Below are positions 54,721 through 64,000 of a stretch of DNA of 64,000 bases, piece after piece. A program made the translations under genes and the position numbers. Numbering within the stretch: position 1 is the stretch's first letter; the number at the start of each line of letters is the position of its first letter. The notes beneath the pieces were generated by a model. That model made no database searches. It was not told the DNA's origin and saw only the letters and a program-made list of their open reading frames with translations. The stretch comes from Octopus vulgaris (lineage: Eukaryota). The stretch is from positions 45,012,001-45,076,000 of the forward strand of contig OX597833.1 in NCBI GenBank assembly GCA_951406725.2, given 5' to 3'.

Positions 54721-55454
54721 CCGTTAATTTAATGTAATTTAATTTAAGGTATGGATGACTTAAGTTTACTTTTAACCTCCCCGTTCTTCTAAACACCTAG
54801 TAAATAACTAACTTGCTTTGTGATCAGGAGTGCAGCAAACCTCACGTGTGCATATGCTCACATTTTTGCTGATGCTTGTATGAGTGTGTGTACTCATGCC
54901 ATGTAACTTGCCTGAGGGCGTTTATATATCCATATCTGTTAACAGTTATTTTCAATACTTTTCTCACTGGATTACGGGTTTGTTTCTCTTTTTGTCTCCT
55001 GCAATTTTATATATATATATATATATATTCAAAGTAAGCAACAAGAATATCTTCAGTAATTTGGTAGGATCGTTTCACGCTACATCATTTTATTAAACAT
55101 TGTGAGTGTTACATCAGTTTTAAAATGTTGAGCGATCATCAACCATCCATAGAGGTTTTCCATCAATACATATGTTTATTTTCATGTCCATTGCTAATAT
55201 TATAATGAGGGTAGATATACAGACAGAGAGGTTTCATTGATTGTTAAGAACATGTTAATGTTGGAATTTATCTACTGACTGTAGATACTTCTTTTAATTA
55301 TTTGGATTTGCTAGTGAGGAGGAAGGGATATATGGTTGAATGGAGACAAAGAGATTTTCTATTTATAGATATAGGAAGGGCTAAAATAAAAGTCAAAAGT
55401 TATTCATGTTGAAATTCAAAGGTAGTGGGATCATAGACTAATAATGTCTTAGAG

Positions 55455-55661
55455 CAGTGGTTTTCAACCAGGGTTCCGCGGAACCTTAGGGTTCTGCCAG
55501 TACAGTTCAGGGGTTCCGCAAGAAGTTACAAAACTGCTAAAATCGGCAGTAATTTTTAATTCTCCTGGGCAGAAGACTATTAAATTATTGCACTGGGGTT
55601 CCTCGAGCCAGTGGAATATTTCCTTGGGGTTCTGCTCCAGCAAAAAGGTTGAAAAGCACTG
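55455..55661. mobile_element. hAT-family MITE with perfect 8-bp TSD
   Basis: TIRs cagtggttttcaacc / ggttgaaaagcactg; TCTTAGAG at 55447-55454 and 55662-55669. Confidence 0.9.
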
Positions 55662-56167
55662 TCTTAGAGAATACCTACTACTACTTATCAATCTAATGAA
55701 GTATCAAGAAAACTAGGCCAATACACCTTATACAATTAACTAGATAATCTCAATAAACATTTGTAACTTATATAGTAATAGAAACTTCAGAAACTCCTTT
55801 ACATTTGCATAAATATATATCTATATGCATTGCATTAATATATATAATCATAATTGACTAGTAAGTGGTGATTATTTTAATAAGTTGGATTACAAGAGAA
55901 TGCTAGAGAAAAAAAACAAACTATTATTTGTTTAGTATATATATTATGAGTAGGCATAATACTTAATAAGCGTGGACAAAGCCTTATTTATTATGTACAT
56001 ATATTAGGAAGTTCCTAATATAAAAAAAAAGCGAAAATTTAATTCTAATCATGCAATGAAGTTTCCTATTAATCTATGCAAGTTGGATAAAAGCTAGTAT
56101 GGTATATTCATTTTTATTTGGTTATAAAGCGTTATGATTTGAAAATTTAGGGGTGGTCAGAATATAA

Positions 56168-56377
56168 TTATTTAAAATATCTAAACGTATAGGCTGCACG
56201 ACGTATGCAACATGCTCCTAGTTCAGAACGATTATTTAACAAGTTTGCATTACTCCTATGCTTTAAACTTTCATATGTTTCCATGGAACAAAGTTCACAA
56301 CCATCTATGCTATTTTTATACAGCTGTACCTTTCTTATTATAAATTTCATTGCAAATGAACTGACCTGTTTCACCAT
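56168..56377 (-). pseudogene. Naiad-type GIY-YIG C-terminal fragment joined head-to-head to an inverted pLTR piece
   Basis: CELCSMETYESL...LLNNRSELGACCIRR; perfect hairpin 56357-56410 at the inversion junction. Confidence 0.65.
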
Positions 56378-56715
56378 ATTATCGTAATATAGTGAAACAG
56401 GTCAGTTCATCAAAAATTCTTAGAAAACTGAATATATCTCCTTCGTTATACATATATATACTACCAAAATATGACCTCTTTGAACTTATAATTTTCTGTG
56501 TATATATATATATATATATATATAGATACAATACCAAATTCTTTATGAACTTTTTAATAATTTTTTCTGTAAAACGTACAATATTTTGTGACAACCAGTA
56601 CCAAACACAACAAAGCTTTTACATGTTACTTTTGAAAATCTTTTTTCTAAAAAAGGGAAACCGGTCAAGTGAATAAACATCTTTCAAAATTGTATTTTCA
56701 AAACCTTCTTTCATA

Positions 56716-56831
<116 letters not shown>

Positions 56832-57007
56832 CATATATACACACACATATATATATATATATACATACATATATACATATATATACATATATATATACAT
56901 ATATATATATACATATATAAACACACACACACATATGTATATATATATACATATATAAACACACACATATTTCTGTATATATATATATATATTTCTGTTT
57001 ATATATA

Positions 57008-57190
57008 TCTATATATATAAAACTGAGAATGTGTGTCTGTCTGTGTGAATCTTTAAAACTTGAGAACTACACAACCAATTTCATTCAAATATCACACATG
57101 CCTTACTTAGGGTCCATGTAGTGTCATGGGCAAAAAGAATTTTTATCTTCTTGCCTAGGGCGAGCCCACAGCAATATCATATCTTCTCCA
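57008..57190 (+). mobile_element. Helitron-like 5' fragment
   Basis: Matches the head of 5762-5950 and 39110-39309. Confidence 0.78.
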
Positions 57191-57639
57191 CATACACCTC
57201 ACTCAACAAGAATTCCCTACTTGAATGGACCATAGTAAACACAAAACTTGACTTTAAAAGGATTTAGATAACCCTATCAGGTGGTGCTATTAAGTTAGAC
57301 ATGGCTTGGACCAATCTTTGGTCGAAACATATCTAAGTTTTATGTATATATATGTGTGCGTATATATGTATGTATATATACATATGTGTGTGCATATATA
57401 TATGTGTATGTATGTATATATATGTGTATGTGTATAAATGTATATATATACACACACATATATATATATATATACCTACTGCATATGTGGTAAATTCTGT
57501 TTGTGGAGTTGTTAGCTAACTCCTCCTTCACTATTTTATTGATTTTGAGGAAACTTGACATATAAGTAGAACTCGTGTCTGGAAACCTCATGGCATACTC
57601 AGATTGTTGAAAAATCGATAATAGAGCCCCTGGAAGGGA

Positions 57640-58384
57640 TCTTTATATATATATCTGATACATTTTATTTTAAAAACCAAGGGAAATACCCATTCACCCC
57701 TAGACGGGATCCTTGTATATAGCCAAGGGAAATAACCCATTCATTTTCCTAAATTATTTGGGAAAAATGAAATCGAGTATGCTTATTTCTTAGTATTTGA
57801 ACTGTTAGAGTTATTTTCGCAATTTATCCAGTACAACCCTTAAACTAGTAAATAGTATTTTCCTAAACAATAGATCCACTTATCTCAGTTAGTGACTTAT
57901 TCATCAATATACCAACATTAAAGCCCCTGAGTGTAATATTCTCTGGGAATGCACAAATGCCCTTTTCAGAGTTATTTAATTTGAATTGTTATTATCTCAT
58001 ATCTGATTAGCCTGTTATTATGTAACATGCTTCACGATTTTAGTATACATACGTTATGAGTATTTCCTTCTATGTATACTCTATACACTCTGGGAACACA
58101 TAAAAGCCCTTTTTGGGGCTACTTTATTTGAATTCTTACTATTGGGTAACTAATTTCATGTTATTGCATAATGAATTCACAATCTGGGTATTCATAACTT
58201 ATTTGGAATTTCTAAAAACAACATCCTGTGTAAGACAGTTCGGTATTCTCTGTAGATGCACAAAAAAACTGCTTTAAGGGCTACATTCTTTGAATTGTTG
58301 TTATTAGATTAGCAAAACAATTATGAGAACGGAACCAAGGGATAAGCCCCGCTTTCCCAGGAATTACTGGGTACATCAACTAGT
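57640..58384 (+). mobile_element. Possible Helitron-like element with ~155-bp diverged tandem units
   Basis: Units ctctgggaa..caca.a..ccc.tttt near 57941, 58088 and 58248; ends with hairpin cccaggaattactggg then CTAG|T. Confidence 0.45.
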
Positions 58385-58461
58385 GTATACATATATATAT
58401 ATATATATATACATACACACTAGTTGATGTACCCAGTAATTCCTGGGTGTGTATGTGTATG

Positions 58462-58513
<52 letters not shown>

Positions 58514-58516
<3 letters not shown>

Positions 58517-60143
58517 TGGCGGCCAAAATGTTCAGAACGACATTGTTTTCGTCAGAAAAGTAGATATAATTTTTTATCAAAGTTGTTTTATATTCTATAA
58601 TTTTCACAGACAATAAGTACGATATTATTTGTTATTGCCTGAGATTTTGGTGTAATTTGAGAGGATAATACAAAAGTTATGGATGGTTTAGTGATTTACT
58701 GCAAAACCCATGGCAGCCAAAATGATCAGAACAGTTGCTTTTACTCCGCGGTTTAGTATATTTAACCGGCGAACTCTAATGTTTTGAATTTGTTTACGTG
58801 ACGCTTCGTTTATTAAACATTAGTAAGAATATTTGCAATGTACTTTGTTAATATAATGCCACTTACTCCGTTACCAATTCGTCAGCAGATTATTAAGCTT
58901 CGAAGGAAGGATAATTTAAGTATTGGATCTATTGCAAACATTGTTAACAAGTCAAAAAGTGTTGTACACAGTATTCTTAAGGTCTACGATGATTCTGGTT
59001 CGTGTGAAGCAAGAAAGTTTACAGGTAGGCCAAGAAAAACGACCAAGAGAGAAGATCGTGCTATGGTAAAGTTGGTTAAAAAGGACAGATTTAAAACTGC
59101 TGCTGCTGTTTCTCGGAAAATGAGCATTGTATTTAAGAAAACTTTATCTCGAAAAAACTGTGTCTCGTCATTTAGTTGAACATGACCTACAAGCAAGAGC
59201 ACCTGCAGTGAAGCCACTGATCAGCTCCAAGAATAAAAAGTGTCGTCTTACCTTTGCAACCGAACACGTGTTGTGGTCTCAAGAAAAATGGCAAACGGTG
59301 CATTTCAGTGATGAATCTAAGTTTATGTTATTTGGCTCAGATGGGAAAAGGTACGTTCGTCGAAAAGTAGGTAAAAAATTGTCGCCTAAATGCCTTAAGA
59401 CTAGTGTTAAATTCGGTGGAGGAAGTGTCATGGTTTGGGGGATGATATCTCGAGATGGTGTGGGCCCTTTTGTGTGATTACATGGAAATGTAAATGCAGG
59501 AGTTTATAAACAACTTGTAAAAGATCATGTCTTGCCTGTGCTGAGAAATTCAACTAAGCGACCACCCATATTCATGCAGGACAATGCCCCATGTCACAAG
59601 GCTAAGGTGGTCATGAACTTCCTCAAGGCTGAAAAGGTTATTGTTATGGATTGGCCTGCTCAAAGCCCAGATCTCAATCCTATTGAAAATGTATGGAATA
59701 TTCTAGGAGAACGTTCGAAAGGCAGAAATCCTAAAACAACTGAGCAATTATGGAATGCCCTTCAGGAAGAATGGAATGAGATCACCCAGCAAGAAATTGA
59801 AAATTTAATTTCCTCATGCAGTCGAAGATATCAGAGTGTGATTGAAGCTAAAGGGCTTCACACTAAATATTAAATAATTCTAGTATTCTCTGTCATTTTT
59901 GATTATTTTGTTATTTTTTCAACCGTTCTGATCATTTTGGCCGCCATGGGTTTTGCAGTAAATCACTAAATCATCCATAACTTTTGTATTATCCTCTCAA
60001 ATTACACCGAAATCTCAGACAATAACAATTAATATTGTATTTATTGTCTATAAAAATTATAGAATATAAAACTACTTTGATAAAAACTTATACTTACTTT
60101 TCTGACGAAAACAATGCCGTTCTGAACATTTTGGCCGCAACAG
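58514..60143 (+). mobile_element. Near-intact Tc1 (DD34E) transposon with ~220-bp IR/DR termini
   Basis: TA-flanked IRs 58514-58735 / 59920-60143, each with ggccaaaatg.tcagaac at both ends. Transposase 58857-59873 (GRPRKT, FSDES, QDNAPCH-SPDLNPIE, 34 residues between D and E) with one frameshift near 59150 and one stop at 59475-59477. Confidence 0.95.
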
Positions 60144-60419
60144 TATATATAAATCTGTGGCTTAACTTCAGCTTTGATGAAAAGATAAAAGTTGTTATTT
60201 TGGATATTACAATTGAATTTGAGGATGTATACAATGATAACCATATTCTAACTGTATGTTATATGTTTATATGCATGTATATTTGTATACATGTATATAT
60301 GTATGAATATATATATATTTAGTCTTGTATCGTAATTTTCTGATATGTTAGAATCTATTATATGTATGGTCTAGTGAAGATTACTATAAATATAATTATA
60401 TTGTTACATTTATATATTT

Positions 60420-60775
60420 GTTGTGCAAGATTTTTTAAGTGAAATCGTGTGATGAAACAGATATTGTTGTATTTCAGAATGGTCATTTTGCCAGTTTAGC
60501 CAATAAAAACACATGCACTATATATTTGGTGTTACTTTGCTTCAGTGTTCTTTATTTTTTACGTTGATCTTAATCTTATTTCGGCCAGAGTTCTTTCGTC
60601 ACACTCCTGTGACCGCATCAGTGGTCCTTTGCTTTCTTCTTTCTTATTTGTGTGTCTCTCCTTACTAACCATCAGCCATTTTGTATTTCTATATTTCAAA
60701 TATATAGTGTGTGTGTTTTTATTGGCTAAACTGACAAAATGGCCATTCCGAAATACAATAATTATATTGTTATTA
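60420..60775. mobile_element. Small foldback element (~65-bp arms) with hammerhead-like motif 60576-60628 on minus; related to 63180-63655
   Basis: Arms gtatttcagaatggtcattttgccagtttagccaataaaaacac / gtgtttttattggctaaactgacaaaatggccattccgaaatac; ggacca-CTGATGCG-gtcac aggagt gtgac-GAAA-gaac-TC-tggcc. Confidence 0.6.
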
Positions 60776-61023
60776 TTGATAAACATAATAATAATAATAA
60801 TAATAATATCAATATTGATAATAATAACAGTATTTTTATTAATAATTGATTGTTATTTATCTGTCCATAAGCATAGACGTGTTTATATGTTCCAATGTAT
60901 TTATATATGTATATGACATATGGTATATCTACTTGAACCTATTGTTTAATTGTGTTTATTTATGTATTTTACGCATGTAAAGAGTATATACACTTTGCTT
61001 ATGTATGTATATATGTGTGTGTG

Positions 61024-61077
<54 letters not shown>

Positions 61078-61173
61078 GGCAATATGGTTATTTGTTTATT
61101 TTTTCTATGTATATTAAGTAATACATGTATCATGTTTAATGTATTAATATTAATATATCTAAAGTTCCTTATA

Positions 61174-61307
61174 ACCTCTGACGAGGCCTATGGTTATATA
61201 TATAAGTACCTTATTTTGAAATGCCTACAACCTCAGTATGTTGACACATATAGGCAATGAAAATAAAATTATCTACTTTTAGCCATAGGCTGAAACAGCT
61301 GTAAGAG
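61174..61307 (+). ncRNA. Hammerhead motif with long stem-II insert, in a third member (about 61080-61640) of the A/B family
   Basis: ct-CTGACGA-ggcctatggtta...tagccataggct-GAAAC-agct-GTA-ag; downstream tail tttctccattttcttatttgtatta...cagtatattggata matches elements A and B. Confidence 0.72.
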
Positions 61308-61677
61308 ATGATTTTAACGATTTCATTAATTTATATTATGACTTATAATCTGAATTCTTATCTTATAATTTATATGTATTGAATTATAAGATATATATGT
61401 ATGCTATTAATGTTGTCATTTTGTTAAATGAATAAATAATCTAACATTATAATATTTGTAAGTTGATGAACAAACTAATTTTGTTTCTCCATTTTCTTAT
61501 TTGTATTATAAATTTATGGTAAAAATATTTCTTTACCTTCACCCGTTTAATACAATAAATGAGTTAATTGCATTGCAATTAAAAAACATTTATGTATTAA
61601 GAATCTGGGTACTGTACCAACAGTATATTGGATATAAAACCCTATATTACATTGTACTATATATATATATATATATG

Positions 61678-61740
<63 letters not shown>

Positions 61741-61771
61741 ATATGTATACATCTATACATCAATATATACA

Positions 61772-61809
<38 letters not shown>

Positions 61810-61929
61810 AATTTAAATTTAAAATGATAAGGGTGAAAAATTGAATATTAATGTGATTACTATGAATCTAGCAGAATGGATGTCCAGTTACAGTTCATCC
61901 CTGTTATATAATAGTTTCCTTTTAATAGT

Positions 61930-62175
61930 TTCAGTATTAAAGTGAAAGTATCTGACATTACAATAAAAGAGATGTTTTTCTTTCACTTTTGACACGTAAT
62001 ACTGAAATAGTGGAGAAGATATGATATTGCTGTGGGCTCGCCCTAGGAAAGAAGTTAAAATTTTTTTTATGCCCATGACACTACATGGACCCTAAGTAAG
62101 GCTTGTATAAAATTTGAATGAAATTGGTTGTGTAGTTCTCAAGTTTTAGGGATTCACACAGACAGACAGACATTC
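61930..62175 (-). mobile_element. Helitron-like 5' fragment
   Basis: Matches 39040-39290. Confidence 0.78.
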
Positions 62176-62475
62176 ATCATCATCATCATCATCATTTAGC
62201 GTCCGTTTTCCATGCTAGCATGGGTTGGACGGTTCAACTGGGGTCTGTGAAGCTGGAAGGCTTCATCAGGCCCAGTCAGATCTGGCAGTGTTTCTACGGC
62301 TGGATGCCCTTCCTAACGCCAACCACTCCGTGAGTGTAGTGGGTGCTTTTTATGTGCCACCCGCACAGGTGCCAGACAGAGCTGGCAAACAGCTACGAAT
62401 GGATGGTGCTTTTATGTGTCACCGGCACGGGGGCCAGGCGAGGCTGGCAACGGACACGAACGGATGGTGCTTTTA
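62175..62475 (-). mobile_element. RTE 3' UTR fragment
   Basis: Nearly the same as 1485-1760. Confidence 0.85.
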
Positions 62476-63179
62476 TCTCAGTTTTAAATATATAGATACA
62501 TAAATACATAAGTATATATATATATATATATATGGTGCATATCCATATATATAAATAAATATATACACATACATAGAAACTTGCACACATGTATGTGTGG
62601 GTGAGCGTACATACGTATAGGCTACATGTATATCAGCCAGTATTCTTTCTCATTCTATAACGTTTTCACGATAAATATGCTGATTAAAACATACTTGTGT
62701 ATTAGTATGGCATATAAAATTGCAGACTTGTGTAATCATAGATATATATAAATAACCAAGTTTGTATGTGTGTGTGTAAATGTTTTAAATATTTTTTCTA
62801 AGTGAAAACAATGCAATTTATAAATATTGATAACACAGGTTGATGGTTACTTATGGGTGATGGTGGTGGCATTCAACGTACATATGGAGAAAAAGAGATG
62901 AGATACATGTGTATAGTGCATATACAGATAAATATATTCTCATACATAGAGACATGTGCACATATGAGTGTGTTTGTACATTCATATGTATAGGCCACAT
63001 GTATATCAGCCAGTATCTTATTTCATCAACAAAGATTAAAATATACGTGTTTATTAGTATCAGCCAGTATCTTTTCTCTTTGTATAATGTTTAAAAAGAA
63101 ATATGCTGATGAAAATATACGTGTGTATTAATATGGCATTAATAATTAATTAGAATAATAATTTCTACATTTATGAATT

Positions 63180-63655
63180 TGTGTTGCAAGATTCCTTGTG
63201 TGAAACTGTGTTGAAAGATATTGCTGCATATGGTGATGGTCATATTTTTTTGCTTTTTGCCAAATAGATATGTGCACTATATATTCGTTCTTCCCCCATT
63301 TATTACTGTTCTTACTCTAACTCATGTCCATCATCCAGACACCTTTTGTCACACATCTGTGACCTCTTCAGTGACACTTTCCGTATTCATGTTTGCTCTT
63401 GCTCTGCTTATTCCATTCTGTTCTTCTATGATGTGTCACATCATAAAAAAAAACAGAATGGAATGAGCAGAAGAAGAGCACACACGAATGTAGAAAGTGT
63501 GGCTGAAGAGGTCAGAGATGTGTGACAAAAGGTATCCAGACAATGGACTTAAGTTAGAATAAGAAGAGTAATAAACAAGTGAAGATCAGATATGTAGTGC
63601 ATGTGTCTATTTGGCCAAAAAAGGAAAATAATGAGCATCCCAAATGACAACAATA
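63180..63655. mobile_element. Older foldback element with two degenerate hammerhead-like motifs (63340-63378 minus, 63500-63540 plus)
   Basis: Arms about 63220-63415 / 63455-63655; CTGAAGA-g-gtcac agatgt gtgac-AAAA (GAAA mutated). Confidence 0.55.
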
Positions 63656-64000
63656 TAATCATAATAATTAAACATTATGAATTCTTCTTGTAAGCTTGTT
63701 TCACTATGTGGCCTGCATACATTATCCATATCTTATTTATTATTGTACTTAAATTCATCATACTTTTATCTAAGAGTCTACCACAAAAAGCAATGAATGA
63801 GAAGAAAAATCATATCTTTAGCAGCCATTTATGGAAAATCTGTCTGTGATAGGCGGAAACTAAAAATACATTTGAAATCAGCATAAAAAATAGTTCTGAA
63901 TCACTGAATAACCTATAAACAAACAATCAGCACTTATTTCATCTAAAAGTGCAGTTGTGTAATTATAGATATATAAAATTAATCATGTGTGTGAGTATGT

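Noticed and set aside
57300-57340. Possible extra hammerhead (gacca atct ttggtc GAAAC)
   Set aside because: No recognisable CUGANGA or UH; too degenerate to call. The same applies to 54868-54915.

Overview
AT-rich, microsatellite-dense animal DNA; the repeat content suggests an octopus/coleoid cephalopod (inferred, not searched). One host gene can be read: a minus-strand, six-exon mind bomb 2 (MIB2)-like ankyrin-RING-RING E3 ligase (31415-51634). An inverted partial paralog (6421-8463, ending at a 100-N gap) has an ankyrin exon shorter by exactly three repeats. The rest is nested transposable elements: CR1-like and RTE LINEs, tRNA-derived SINEs, Penelope-like (Naiad-type) fragments, Tc1/mariner copies, hAT/piggyBac/Tc1 MITEs, non-autonomous Helitrons and a Gypsy-like LTR fragment. 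The most notable hidden signal is about 13 hammerhead-ribozyme-like motifs. Most sit in non-coding foldback elements with long stem-II insertions. One lies at the 3' end of a gag-only (zinc-knuckle ORF1) retroelement that lacks RT. All coordinates and counts are read by hand.
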